A DNA stretch of 64,000 bases from an uncultured Hyphomicrobium sp. (lineage in GTDB: Bacteria > Pseudomonadota > Alphaproteobacteria > Rhizobiales > Hyphomicrobiaceae), in the NCBI GenBank assembly GCA_964458265.1, contig CAYWIF010000013.1, positions 17,190-81,189 on the forward strand, in the 5' to 3' direction. This document shows positions 1 to 9,336 of the stretch, in pieces. The translations under genes were made by a program, and so were the position numbers. How positions within the stretch are numbered: the first letter of the stretch is position 1; each line of letters begins with the position of its first letter. Below the pieces are notes generated by a model, which was given only the letters and a program-made list of their open reading frames with translations, had not been told where the DNA came from and did no database searches.

Positions 1-2
1 TC

Positions 3-815
3 GGCGAAGTGGACCGCGAGAAAGCCGACGCCCGCACAGTTGCGCTCACCATCGATGCCATGCGTGCCGTCGGCCTCAAGAACTTCAAGCTGCGCATCGG
101 CGATCTGGGACTCTTCCGCGCGCTCATTAAGGCGATCGACATGCCCGATCGCTGGCGGCAGTTCCTGACCCACCTCTTCTGGCGGCCCGATGCCTTCCGC
201 ACCGAATTGCACCGCCTTGCGCGTCCGCCCGAAGAAAGCCTGAGGGCGATACCCGCCGAACTGCGGGCGTCGATTGTTCCCGGTGACATCGCGCGTTCCG
301 AGCGTGCCGTCGTCGACTACCTGTCGGCCAACGGTATCGAACCGATCGGTACGCGCACCGTCACCGAGGTCGCGTCAAATCTCATGTGGCGCCTGGCCGA
401 CGCGAAATCCGATCCCCTGCCGCCCGAGACCGTCACCCTCATCGAGCGCTATCTCGCCATCTCCGGTCCGGCAAAGGCTGCCGGTGCGTGCCTCAAGGAC
501 CTCCTGCGTGAACGCGGCACGGCGATGAACCCCGTCATCGAAGCCTATCATCGCCGGCTGCAACTCATGGCCGACATGGGCGTCGATGTTGTCCACGCCG
601 AGTTCTCGGCTGAGTTCGGCCGCCAGCTTGAGTACTATACCGGCTTCGTCTTCGAGGTCGTCTCTCCCGAACTTGGCACGGCCAGTCCGCTCGCCGGCGG
701 CGGCCGCTACGACGATCTCATGCGCGCCGCCGGTGCCAACCGGGATGTCCCCGCCGTTGGTGCTGCCATCCACACCGAACGTCTCCTGAGCGTCGTCCAG
801 GGAGGCGCGGCATGA
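3..815 (+). CDS. hisZ: ATP phosphoribosyltransferase regulatory subunit HisZ, 5' end cut by the window edge
   Basis: Frame is open from position 3. HisRS-like core remnants ([18 protein letters not shown]). Stop TGA 813-815 overlaps ATG 812 of a short-form hisG, the arrangement that needs HisZ. Confidence 0.85.
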   Translation, partial: GEVDREKADARTVALTIDAMRAVGLKNFKLRIGDLGLFRALIKAIDMPDRWRQFLTHLFWRPDAFRTELHRLARPPEESLRAIPAELRASIVPGDIARSERAVVDYLSANGIEPIGTRTVTEVASNLMWRLADAKSDPLPPETVTLIERYLAISGPAKAAGACLKDLLRERGTAMNPVIEAYHRRLQLMADMGVDVVHAEFSAEFGRQLEYYTGFVFEVVSPELGTASPLAGGGRYDDLMRAAGANRDVPAVGAAIHTERLLSVVQGGAA

Positions 816-1510
816 CCGAGAAACTTGTCCTCGCCGTCCCCTCCAAAGGCCGCCTCATGGACCAGACGATCGATCTGTTCGGCAAGGCCGGAATGACGTT
901 GCGCAAGACCGGCAACGAACGCGGCTATCGCGGCGAAATTGCCGGCATCGATGCGGTCGAAGTATCCTTCATCTCCGCGTCCGAAATCGCCTGGTATCTG
1001 AAAACCGGCCGCGCTCACATGGGCGTGACCGGCGAAGACCTCGTCCGCGAGCAGATTTCCGACGCCGCTGAGCGCGTGTCGTTTTTGAAAGCGCTGGGCT
1101 TCGGCCATGCCGATGTCGTCGTCGCTGTCCCCAATTACTGGATCGACGTGCGCACCATGGCCGACCTCGATGAGATCGCGGCCATGTTCCGCCGCGAGCA
1201 TGGCCGCTGGTTCCGCGTTGCGACGAAGTACATCAACACCACGCGCCGCTTCTTCGCAGAAAAGGGCGTCATCGATTACCGCATCATCGAGAGCCTCGGG
1301 GCCACCGAAGGCGCGCCGGCTGCGGGCACCGCCGACCTCATCGTCGACATCACATCGACGGGCGCGACGCTGTCTGCCAACGGCCTGCGCGTCCTCGACG
1401 ATGGCGTGATTGTGAAATCGCAAGCCAATCTCATAGCTTCCAAAGCGGCGAATTGGTCGCCCGCTGCGCGTCAGGCCGAAAACGAGATCATGCAAGCGCT
1501 CGGCATATGA
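812..1510 (+). CDS. hisG: ATP phosphoribosyltransferase, short form
   Basis: 232 aa. [10 protein letters not shown]-terminus and [14 protein letters not shown] signature region. ATGA overlap with hisZ. Confidence 0.9.
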   Translation: MTEKLVLAVPSKGRLMDQTIDLFGKAGMTLRKTGNERGYRGEIAGIDAVEVSFISASEIAWYLKTGRAHMGVTGEDLVREQISDAAERVSFLKALGFGHADVVVAVPNYWIDVRTMADLDEIAAMFRREHGRWFRVATKYINTTRRFFAEKGVIDYRIIESLGATEGAPAAGTADLIVDITSTGATLSANGLRVLDDGVIVKSQANLIASKAANWSPAARQAENEIMQALGI

Positions 1511-1517
1511 ACGCAGT

Positions 1518-1547
1518 GGGTCAGCCCCCTGCTTAGGGGTCTGACCC
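1518..1547. terminator. Imperfect GC-rich hairpin between convergent hisG and puuB (possible bidirectional terminator)
   Basis: GGGTCAGCCCC (1518-1528) pairs with GGGGTCTGACCC (1536-1547) with one bulge. It sits in the 54-nt convergent gap. No U-tract. Confidence 0.3.
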
Positions 1548-1564
1548 CAGACCTGTAGCGAATT

Positions 1565-2848
1565 CTAAAGCCGGTCCTTCAGGCGATAGTAAAGCATCCC
1601 AAGCGCCAGAATCTGGTTGCCGGCCCAGCGGCCGACGGGCAACTGCCAGTGCCGGATCTTGTCGAAGAGATCGAACCGCTCGGTCGTTCCGCAGATCGCG
1701 TCGGCCACGATCTCGCCCGCGATGTGCGTGGTGTTGACGCCGTGCCCACAATAGCCCTGCATGTAGTAGAGGTTCGGCTCCAGGCGCCCGATCGCCGGAA
1801 CGCGATTGAGCACGATGCCGATGCGGCCCGCCCACGTGAAATCGACTTTCTTGCCGGTGAGCTGGGGCAGGATTTCGTCCAGCCGGGACTTCATCGTGGC
1901 GGTGATGTCGCGCGGATCGCGGTTGGAATAATTGCACCGTCCGCCGAAGAGCATGCGCCGGTCGCCGGACATGCGGAAATAATCAAGCACGAGGTTGCTG
2001 TCGCAGACCGCAAGGTCGCGCGGATTGATCGACCGGGCGAGGTTGTCGCTGAGCGGTTCCGTCGCGATGATGTAGCTGCCGGTTGGAAATTGCAGGCCCC
2101 ATAGCCGCCCACGCTCGAACTGATGTGACGTGTCCCCGCCGAGCACGATAGAATCGGCTTCGACCCGCCCCCGCGCCGTGCGTGCAAACGGCTTTGCGCC
2201 GCCTTTCATCTCCAGGACCTTGGAGTCTTCGAAAATCTGGACCCCCAGCGACGCCGCCGCGCGCGCCTCGCCCATGCACAGGTTCAGCGGATGCAAATGC
2301 CCGCTTTTTCTGTCGACGATGCCACCGTGATAGATCTCGCTATCGAGCACGCTGCGAAAATCGCCCGGCTCGATGAGTTCGTGGTGCTCGCCTTCACCGT
2401 CCTTGACCCGCGCCTCGTAATACGCCCGGATCGCATCCATATGCTTCGGGCGGGCGGCGGCCTCCATCCAGCCGTCCTTCCAGTCGCAGTCGATGCGGTA
2501 CTTGCCGATCCGCTCCTTAATGATCTCATGTCCGCGGTACCGGATATCGCGCACGAGTTTTGCACCCGCCGCACCGAGTTGCCGCTCGATTTCCGCCTCG
2601 CCCGAAATCCCGGCGATGCACTGTCCGCCGTTCCGTCCCGAAGCCCCCCACCCGACGCGGTTGGCCTCCAGCACGGCGACACGCCGGCCCTTCTCCGCCA
2701 ACGACAACGCCGTCGCGATCCCGGAGAATCCCCCACCAACAACGCACACGTCCGCCTTTACCGTCCCCTCGAGGGCCGGATATCGGGTCGTGTCATTCAC
2801 AGTCGCTGCGTAATAGGAGGACGTGTGCGGCTCGGCCATGAAACTCAA
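1565..2848 (-). CDS. puuB: FAD-dependent gamma-glutamylputrescine oxidase-like oxidoreductase
   Basis: 427 aa. TSSYYAAT N-terminus, VCVVGGGFSG dinucleotide fold, GASGRNGGQ. Resembles E. coli PuuB/OrdL along its length, as recalled from memory. Confidence 0.75.
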   Translation of the reverse strand: MSFMAEPHTSSYYAATVNDTTRYPALEGTVKADVCVVGGGFSGIATALSLAEKGRRVAVLEANRVGWGASGRNGGQCIAGISGEAEIERQLGAAGAKLVRDIRYRGHEIIKERIGKYRIDCDWKDGWMEAAARPKHMDAIRAYYEARVKDGEGEHHELIEPGDFRSVLDSEIYHGGIVDRKSGHLHPLNLCMGEARAAASLGVQIFEDSKVLEMKGGAKPFARTARGRVEADSIVLGGDTSHQFERGRLWGLQFPTGSYIIATEPLSDNLARSINPRDLAVCDSNLVLDYFRMSGDRRMLFGGRCNYSNRDPRDITATMKSRLDEILPQLTGKKVDFTWAGRIGIVLNRVPAIGRLEPNLYYMQGYCGHGVNTTHIAGEIVADAICGTTERFDLFDKIRHWQLPVGRWAGNQILALGMLYYRLKDRL

Positions 2849-2868
2849 ATCCGAAGATCGACCCCCAA

Positions 2869-2882
2869 TTTGTGATCACAAA
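2869..2882. promoter_or_regulatory. Operator-like perfect 14-bp palindrome TTTGTGATCACAAA
   Basis: Read directly. Lies 21 nt upstream of the puuB start codon in the puuB/ureohydrolase divergent intergenic region. One of four TGTGATCACA copies. Confidence 0.6.
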
Positions 2883-2957
2883 GTAGAAGGCTGTCAACTC
2901 AGCACTTTCAATGATTTATGGGCTGACTTGACCGATCGCATCCTACGTGGTCTGATG

Positions 2958-2967
2958 TGTGATCACA
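2958..2967. promoter_or_regulatory. Operator-like palindrome TGTGATCACA
   Basis: Read directly. Lies 75 nt upstream of the ureohydrolase ATG at 3042. Confidence 0.6.
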
Positions 2968-3041
2968 AATTGGCAGGACAGCCCGGCGCCAAGGAAGGTC
3001 GCGCTGAGAGGCCCGTCACCGATTGAAAACCGGAGGCGGAC

Positions 3042-4043
3042 ATGACTGACCAGCACCCCACGCGGACTCTATCTAATTTTGCGCGCACGGCACCCATGGC
3101 CAGCGGCGATCAGGCGTTTCTCAATCACGATCCACGCGCGCGTTGGCCGGAAATGACCTATGGCGGCGCGCTGAGTTTCTTGCGGCGGCCCTACGCGCGC
3201 GACCTCACCAAAGCGAAAGCCGTTGTGTGCGGCGTGCCCTACGATGGCGCGACGAGCAATCGCCCAGGCGCCCGGCTCGGTCCCCGCGCGATCCGCGCCG
3301 CGTCGGTCGAACTCGGTTCCGGCGACAGCTTTCCCTACGGCGGCAATCCCTTCGAAGTCTTGCCCACCATCGATTGGGGTGACCTCAGCATCGAACCCCA
3401 ACTGTCCCACCTCGTCGCGCATGACATCGAGTGCGCCGCCGGCGAGATCATTGCCGGCGGCGCCAAACTGCTCGCGCTGGGCGGCGATCACTACATCAGC
3501 CTGCCGCTGCTCGCGGCGCACGCCAAACGGCATGGTCCATTGGCGCTCGTCCAGTTCGACGCGCACTCTGACACGTGGCCCGACGATGGCCATCGCAGCG
3601 ATCACGGCACAATGTTCCTGCGTGCCGCCAAATCCGGCATCATCGATCCGGCTCGATCCATCCACGTCGGCATCCGGTCACATAACCCCGATACGCATAG
3701 CATCGAGGTTTTGACGGCACCCGCGGTGCATCGCCGGGGCGTCGATGCCACCATTGATGCCATCCGCGCCCGGGTTGGCGACGCCAAGGCGTATCTGACG
3801 TTCGACATCGACGTTCTCGACCCGGCCTTTGCACCCGGCACCGGCACACCTGTCGCCGGTGGCCTCGCATCCTGGCAGGCGCTTGAAATTTTGCGCGGCT
3901 TGTCCGGTCTCGATATTGTCGGCGCCGACGTCGTGGAAGTATCCCCGCCCTACGACCACGCGGAAATCACCGCGCTCGCTGCTGCCACCGTCGCCCACGA
4001 CATCCTGTGCCTCTGGGCGGAACAAGAGCGCGCCGCCGCTTGA
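3042..4043 (+). CDS. Ureohydrolase family enzyme (agmatinase / guanidinobutyrase-type)
   Basis: 333 aa. Mn-binding motifs GGDHYIS, QFDAHSDTW, FDIDVLDPAFAPGTGTP. Substrate subfamily cannot be resolved by eye. Confidence 0.8.
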   Translation: MTDQHPTRTLSNFARTAPMASGDQAFLNHDPRARWPEMTYGGALSFLRRPYARDLTKAKAVVCGVPYDGATSNRPGARLGPRAIRAASVELGSGDSFPYGGNPFEVLPTIDWGDLSIEPQLSHLVAHDIECAAGEIIAGGAKLLALGGDHYISLPLLAAHAKRHGPLALVQFDAHSDTWPDDGHRSDHGTMFLRAAKSGIIDPARSIHVGIRSHNPDTHSIEVLTAPAVHRRGVDATIDAIRARVGDAKAYLTFDIDVLDPAFAPGTGTPVAGGLASWQALEILRGLSGLDIVGADVVEVSPPYDHAEITALAAATVAHDILCLWAEQERAAA

Positions 4044-4079
4044 GCGGCGCGCCATCGAATAGTTTTCAGATACGGCCCC

Positions 4080-4904
4080 CTACTTCGCGCCGGCATCCAC
4101 CGCGCGCCGCTCTTTCTCGGCGCGTGATGACTGCAGCTTCGTCATATACGACGCGATGAGCACGCCCACCGTCACGAACGCGATCATGATGGTCGAAATG
4201 GCGTTGATTTCGGGCGTTACGCCCAAACGAACCTGCGAGTAGATCTTCATAGGCAGGGTCGTTGCGGCCGGGCCCGTCGTGAAGCTCGCGATCACGAGAT
4301 CATCGAGTGACAGTGTGAAGGCCAGCAGCCACGCGGAGATGACCGACGGCGCGATGATCGGCAGCGTGACTTGAAAGAACGTCGCGACCGGCGACGCGCC
4401 GAGGTCCATGGCGGCCTCTTCAACCCGCTCGTCGAAATCCGACAGGCGCGCCTGCACCACGACCGCAGCAAAGCACATTGTGAAGGTCGCGTGCGCCAGC
4501 ACGATCGTCCAGAATCCGCGGTCGAAGTTGATAGCCACGAACAATAGGAGTAGCGAAAGACCGGTGATGACTTCCGGCATGACCAGAGGCGCGAAGATCA
4601 TCCCCGAAAACAACGTCCTCCCCCGGAATCGCCCCATCCGCACGAGAACAAGCGCCGCCAGCGTGCCAAGGACCGTCGCGATGGTGGCGGAAAGCAGAGC
4701 CACGCGCAGCGTCGTCCAGGCTGCGTCCATCAACTGCTCGTTCTCAAGCAGCCCTGCGTACCACTTGGTCGAAAACCCGCCCCACACCGTCACGAGCTTG
4801 CTCTCGTTGAAGGAGTAGATCACGAGCAGCAGGATCGGGATGTAGAGGAACGCAAACCCAACCACGATCGCCGTGACGTTGAACCATGAAAAGCGGTTGT
4901 TCAT
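4080..4904 (-). CDS. potI: Polyamine ABC transporter permease (PotI-like)
   Basis: Multi-TM ABC permease with the EAA-type loop (EEAAMDLGASP). I prefer ATG 4904 (MNNRFSWF) because it forms an ATGA overlap with the potH stop. The track ORF extends to 4937. Confidence 0.8.
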   Translation of the reverse strand: MNNRFSWFNVTAIVVGFAFLYIPILLLVIYSFNESKLVTVWGGFSTKWYAGLLENEQLMDAAWTTLRVALLSATIATVLGTLAALVLVRMGRFRGRTLFSGMIFAPLVMPEVITGLSLLLLFVAINFDRGFWTIVLAHATFTMCFAAVVVQARLSDFDERVEEAAMDLGASPVATFFQVTLPIIAPSVISAWLLAFTLSLDDLVIASFTTGPAATTLPMKIYSQVRLGVTPEINAISTIMIAFVTVGVLIASYMTKLQSSRAEKERRAVDAGAK

Positions 4905-5791
4905 CGCCCGGCCTCCCGCGTACGCTGTTGAGCCCACTGGAAGGCGACGATTGGCACGATCAACACAAGCAGGAGAAGCACCGCCACGGCCGAAGCCACC
5001 GGCCAGTCGCGGTTATTGAAGAATTCGCTCCACAGCGTCTTGCCGATCATCAACGTTTCCGATCCGCCGAGCAGGTCGGGAATGACGAACTCGCCCACGG
5101 CCGGAATGAAAACCAGGAAGCAGCCGGCGACGATTCCTGGAATGGAGAGGGGGAACGTCACCTGCCAGAACGCTTTCCATGGCGGTGACCCCAGATCTTC
5201 AGCCGCTTCCAGCAGCCGCTGGTCGACTTTCTCGAGGCTCGCGTAGAGCGGCAAAACCATGAACGGCAGATAAGAATAGACGATGCCGATGTAGACGGCA
5301 GTCGTTGTATTCATGATCGTCAACGGCTCGCTGATGAGACCGATGTGCATCAGGAAGGTATTGAGCAAGCCTTCGTTCTTGAGAATGCCGATCCAAGCGT
5401 AAACGCGGATAAGGAACGACGTCCAGAACGGCAGGATGACGAACATCATCAGTGTCGGCTGCCATTCTCTCGGCGCCCGCGCCATGCCATAAGCCAGCGG
5501 ATAGGCGATGAGCAACGTCAGGAATGTGGCGACCGCGGCGATCTTAAGGCTCGACCAGTAGGCCGATGTGTAAAGCTCGTCCGAAAATATGAAGCTGTAT
5601 TTCTCGAAATCCAATTCTCCGAGTTTGGTCTTGAACGCTTCCCAACCCTCCGTCAGGTCGAATACCGGCGCATAGGGCGGGATCGAAATTTCCGATTCCG
5701 ACAACGAGATCTTGAAGACGATGAAGAACGGGATCAGGAAGAACAGCAGCAGCCACACGTACGGCACTGCGATGACCAGCCACTTGCGCAT
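4901..5791 (-). CDS. potH: Polyamine ABC transporter permease (PotH-like)
   Basis: 296 aa, multi-TM, EAAEDLGSPPWKAF loop. Gene order potF-G-H-I matches E. coli. Confidence 0.8.
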   Translation of the reverse strand: MRKWLVIAVPYVWLLLFFLIPFFIVFKISLSESEISIPPYAPVFDLTEGWEAFKTKLGELDFEKYSFIFSDELYTSAYWSSLKIAAVATFLTLLIAYPLAYGMARAPREWQPTLMMFVILPFWTSFLIRVYAWIGILKNEGLLNTFLMHIGLISEPLTIMNTTTAVYIGIVYSYLPFMVLPLYASLEKVDQRLLEAAEDLGSPPWKAFWQVTFPLSIPGIVAGCFLVFIPAVGEFVIPDLLGGSETLMIGKTLWSEFFNNRDWPVASAVAVLLLLVLIVPIVAFQWAQQRTREAGR

Positions 5792-5844
5792 GCGCTACAC
5801 CATCCGTTGCTGTACCAGAGCCAAAGTTGCCGGCATGGTGCGCC

Positions 5845-7056
5845 TCACGCTTTGAGCACGACGCCGGCATCGGCCGGCCATTCGAGCCAGACCGTGTCGT
5901 CCCACGAGATCGTCCGCTCGACGCTGTGCGAGGAATTGGCGCGCAAGGCGGTCACACGGTTCCCTGCCTCCGTGTGCACGTGATAGTGCGAGATCGAGCC
6001 CAGGTAGCCGACATCGTCCACACGGCCCTTCACGACATTGATGGCGCTCTGCGGCTGATCGAGACCGATACGGAATTTCTCCGGCCGCACCGACAGCCAC
6101 ACCTGCTGACCGACCGACAAGCCTTCGCAGGCGCCCGCCTTGAAGATGCGCCCGTCGCCCGAGGCCGGTGTGATCTCGACCGTGCCGTCGCCCGGCAAGC
6201 TGACGACCCGGCCTTCCATGATGTTCACGTCGCCGATGAACTGCGCCACATAGCGCGATTGCGGCGCTTCGTAGATTTCGCCCGGCGTCGAGACCTGCTC
6301 GAGCTTGCCGTGGTTCATGACGGCAATGCGCGAGGCGACCGTCATCGCCTCTTCTTGATCGTGTGTCACGATCACGAAAGTGGTGCCTGTCTGCTCCTGA
6401 ATGCGCATCAACTCGAATTGCGCCTGATTGCGCAGCTTCTTGTCGAGGGCGCCGAGCGGCTCGTCGAGCAGCATGATACGCGGCTTCTTCGCGATCGCGC
6501 GCGCCAGGGCCACGCGCTGCTGCTGGCCGCCCGACAACTGATGCGGTTTGCGATGCGCGAATTTGCCAAGTTCGACCAGCGTCATCGCCTCGTCGACGCG
6601 CTGCTTGATCTGATCGGCGGGCATGCCTTCCTGGCGCAGGCCGAAGCCGACGTTGCGCTCCACCGTCATGTGCGGAAACAGGGCATAGGACTGAAACATC
6701 ATGTTGATGTTCGGCCGCTCGTAGGGAGCAAGATCAGTGATGTCCTGACCTTCCACGATCACACGGCCCTCCGTTGGCTTTTCGAAGCCGGCCAGCATGC
6801 GCAACAACGTGGTCTTGCCGCAGCCTGACGGACCGAGCAGCGCGAAAAACTCGCGCTCGTAGATATCCAGTGTGATGTTGTCGACGGCAACGAAGTCGCC
6901 GAACTTCTTGGTCACGTTCTCGAAGCGGATGATCGGCTTTTTCGCCGGGTCCTTCCACGGCGCAAATCCGGACTGGGGGGCCGCTGTTCTGAGAAGGCGC
7001 CGCTCGTTGGGCGCGGAGCCTGCAGCGGTACCGTTGATCGCCGGTGATACGGTCAT
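5845..7056 (-). CDS. potG: Polyamine ABC transporter ATP-binding protein (PotG/PotA-like)
   Basis: Walker A GPSGCGKTT, signature LSGGQQQRVALAR, Walker B MLLDEP, C-terminal TOBE-like region. ATG 7056 has a GAGG 6 nt upstream. The track ORF starts at GTG 7110. Confidence 0.85.
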   Translation of the reverse strand: MTVSPAINGTAAGSAPNERRLLRTAAPQSGFAPWKDPAKKPIIRFENVTKKFGDFVAVDNITLDIYEREFFALLGPSGCGKTTLLRMLAGFEKPTEGRVIVEGQDITDLAPYERPNINMMFQSYALFPHMTVERNVGFGLRQEGMPADQIKQRVDEAMTLVELGKFAHRKPHQLSGGQQQRVALARAIAKKPRIMLLDEPLGALDKKLRNQAQFELMRIQEQTGTTFVIVTHDQEEAMTVASRIAVMNHGKLEQVSTPGEIYEAPQSRYVAQFIGDVNIMEGRVVSLPGDGTVEITPASGDGRIFKAGACEGLSVGQQVWLSVRPEKFRIGLDQPQSAINVVKGRVDDVGYLGSISHYHVHTEAGNRVTALRANSSHSVERTISWDDTVWLEWPADAGVVLKA

Positions 7057-7159
7057 GGGATGCCTCTGAAATGCGCGGAGTATCAGATCGTCCGCCCCCG
7101 GATACGTCACAAGTGAAAACCGCGCCGGAGCGATGCTCCAGCGCGGTTCCCGTTTCTGG

Positions 7160-8269
7160 CTATTTACCGGTCACAACGCCTGTCCACAGGCGCGTCACCG
7201 TTCGTTGTGTCTTGGCGTCGTAGGCCAGCTTGACGAACAGGTTGTTCATCGTCGCCTCGTCCGGATAAATCGCCGGATCGCCCTTCACTTCCTCGGAGAT
7301 AAATTCTTTCGAAGGAAGGTTGCCGTTCGCGTAATTGATGTAGTTCGATGCCTTCGCGATGACTTCCGGCTTCAGGAGATAGTTCAGGAATTCATGCGCT
7401 TCGGCGGTGTTCTCGGCATCCTTTGGAATAGCCATCATATCAAACCACATCATCGCACCCTCTTTCGGGATGGAGTACTTGATGACGTGGCCGTTCTTGG
7501 CTTCGTCCGCGCGGTCGCGAGCCTGCAGGATATCGCCCGACCAGCCGATTGCAATGCAGATGTCTCCGTCCGCCAGCGCGTTGATGTATTCCGACGAATG
7601 GAACTTGCGCACGTTGGGCCGCACCGCCTTTAGAAGGTCCGCGCCCTTCTTCAACTCGGCTTCATCTTTCGTATTGGGATCGATGCCGAGATAGCGCAGC
7701 GCCGAGGAAAGGATATCGTCGGGGCTGTCGAGCATGAAGATGCCGCAGTCCTTGAACTTGGCGGCCAACTCGGGCTTGAACACCAGATCCCAGGAGTTGA
7801 TCGGCGCGTCGCCCATCCGCTCTTTGATCTTGCCTTCGTTGTAACCGATGCCCGTGGTGCCCCACATGTACGTGATCGCGTGCTCGCCACCTGGATCGTA
7901 CACTTCGACGCGCTTGGACACTTCCGGCCACAGATTGCCGATATTCGTCAACTTCGCTTTGTCGAGCTTTTGAAACACACCGGCCTTGATCTGCCGTGAC
8001 AGGAACGCCCCCGTCGGCACCACGATGTCATAGCCCGTTTTGCCGGCCAGCAGTTTGGTTTCGAGAACCTCGTTGCTGTCGAACACGTCGTACGTGACCT
8101 TAATGCCGGTTTCCTTGGTGAAGTCTGCAAGGATCGACTCGTCGATGTAGTCGGACCAGTTGTAGACCTTGACTTCGCGGTCTTCCGCGAAGGCCATCGA
8201 GGCAACGGCCATGACACTTACGGCCGCCCCCGCGATGAACGCGAAGCGCTTACTTCCGGATTGCAACAT
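7160..8269 (-). CDS. potF: Periplasmic putrescine/spermidine-binding protein (PotF-like)
   Basis: Signal peptide (AVSVMAVASMAFAED), then KVYNWSDYI typical of PotD/PotF. ATG 8269 is preceded by AGGAGG. The track ORF extends to 8305. Confidence 0.85.
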   Translation of the reverse strand: MLQSGSKRFAFIAGAAVSVMAVASMAFAEDREVKVYNWSDYIDESILADFTKETGIKVTYDVFDSNEVLETKLLAGKTGYDIVVPTGAFLSRQIKAGVFQKLDKAKLTNIGNLWPEVSKRVEVYDPGGEHAITYMWGTTGIGYNEGKIKERMGDAPINSWDLVFKPELAAKFKDCGIFMLDSPDDILSSALRYLGIDPNTKDEAELKKGADLLKAVRPNVRKFHSSEYINALADGDICIAIGWSGDILQARDRADEAKNGHVIKYSIPKEGAMMWFDMMAIPKDAENTAEAHEFLNYLLKPEVIAKASNYINYANGNLPSKEFISEEVKGDPAIYPDEATMNNLFVKLAYDAKTQRTVTRLWTGVVTGK

Positions 8270-8355
8270 TACGAACTCCTCCTTGGAGAGCTTTAGCGAC
8301 GTCACGATGCTGGCCCCGCGCAGTCAGTCCGCGCCCCATCCGCAACGTCTGCCCA

Positions 8356-8367
8356 TTGTGATCACAA
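8356..8367. promoter_or_regulatory. Operator-like perfect palindrome TTGTGATCACAA
   Basis: Read directly, in the divergent potF (ATG 8269) / gntR (ATG 8457) intergenic region. Confidence 0.6.
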
Positions 8368-8456
8368 AAATCCGGCGCTACAAGTCTATCGTTGCAGCAA
8401 TTTGCCGGACTACCGGGCGGAAACCGGGTTGCGTCAAGTATGGAGTGGTCGGTCGC

Positions 8457-9179
8457 ATGAAGCGTCTGGCGGGTGAGATAGCGGGCGGGAAGCCTGCCTC
8501 GAACAGCGAGGAATCTGGGGAAATCCAAGCTGTTGTCGGCCTGACCACGCATGAGGAAGTCTATCGGCGGCTGCGCGAACAGATCCTGTACGGGGGCATT
8601 AAACCCGGGTCCGCCATCACGCTTCGTGGCCTTGCCGATGAATTGGGGGTGAGCCCCATGCCCGTCCGCGAGGCCGTCCGCCGGCTCATCGCCGAGCGCG
8701 CCCTCCTTCTCCAGGATAACCGCCGCGTCCTGGTCCCGCCGATGACCCGCGACACGTTCGATCAGATTTTGTTTGCCCGCCGCGCCCTGGAACCCGAACT
8801 TGCGGCCCGCGCGCTCTCCAAGCTTACAAAGGCTGATATCGCAGCCATTCACGCCGTCGATCAATCGATCGACCTTGCCATGCGCGCCGGCGATACGGAG
8901 GGCTACATGCGCGCCAACCACCAGTTTCATTTCGCCATCTATAGGAAATCCGAGGCCTGGACGATCCTGGCCCTTGTGGAAAGCATCTGGCTCCAGTTCG
9001 GCCCTTTCATGCGGATGGCGTACGGACGCATCGGTACCTCCACCATCGAAGACCATCACGAATTCGCGCTCGCCGCGATGATGAACGGCGATGCCGCGGG
9101 TCTTCGATCGGCCATTGATGCCGACATCGGTCAGGGTATGGGCTTCATCGGCGAAGCCATTTTATCCCGCGCCGGCTGA
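8457..9179 (+). CDS. GntR family transcriptional regulator (FadR/FCD-type C-terminal domain)
   Basis: wHTH LRGLADELGVSPMPVREAVRRL, then a helical FCD-like domain. Start set at ATG 8457 (MKRLAGE). The track ORF start at 8169 would overlap potF. Confidence 0.8.
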   Translation: MKRLAGEIAGGKPASNSEESGEIQAVVGLTTHEEVYRRLREQILYGGIKPGSAITLRGLADELGVSPMPVREAVRRLIAERALLLQDNRRVLVPPMTRDTFDQILFARRALEPELAARALSKLTKADIAAIHAVDQSIDLAMRAGDTEGYMRANHQFHFAIYRKSEAWTILALVESIWLQFGPFMRMAYGRIGTSTIEDHHEFALAAMMNGDAAGLRSAIDADIGQGMGFIGEAILSRAG

Positions 9180-9236
9180 GGACTTAGCTGTTTTCGGCGC
9201 CCGGCCCCCCGGGCCTCGGCTTGAGTTCGAACGCGA

Positions 9237-9248
9237 TTTGTGATCACA
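9237..9248. promoter_or_regulatory. Operator-like palindrome TTTGTGATCACA (core TGTGATCACA 9239-9248)
   Basis: Read directly, 89 nt upstream of the ATG at 9337. Confidence 0.6.
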
Positions 9249-9336
9249 TTTGTGCCGGTTCAGCGCGGTTTTTTGATTTTCCACCTGCCCCCACCCGCCG
9301 GCCGGTTAACACGAAGCAATCTCATCAGGTGCAATC

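Noticed and set aside
5827-6828. 333-aa plus-strand ORF
   Set aside because: Antisense to the potG ATPase (clear Walker motifs on the minus strand) and Arg/Leu/Asp/His-rich.
8169-8456. N-terminal 96 codons of the 336-aa GntR track ORF
   Set aside because: This extension would overlap the potF coding region on the opposite strand and adds no domain. The wHTH begins shortly after ATG 8457.
9199-9214. GCCCGG-CCCC-CCGGGC hairpin after the GntR gene as a terminator
   Set aside because: It has only a 6-bp stem and no U-tract, and it sits just upstream of the fourth operator palindrome. That is too weak to call.
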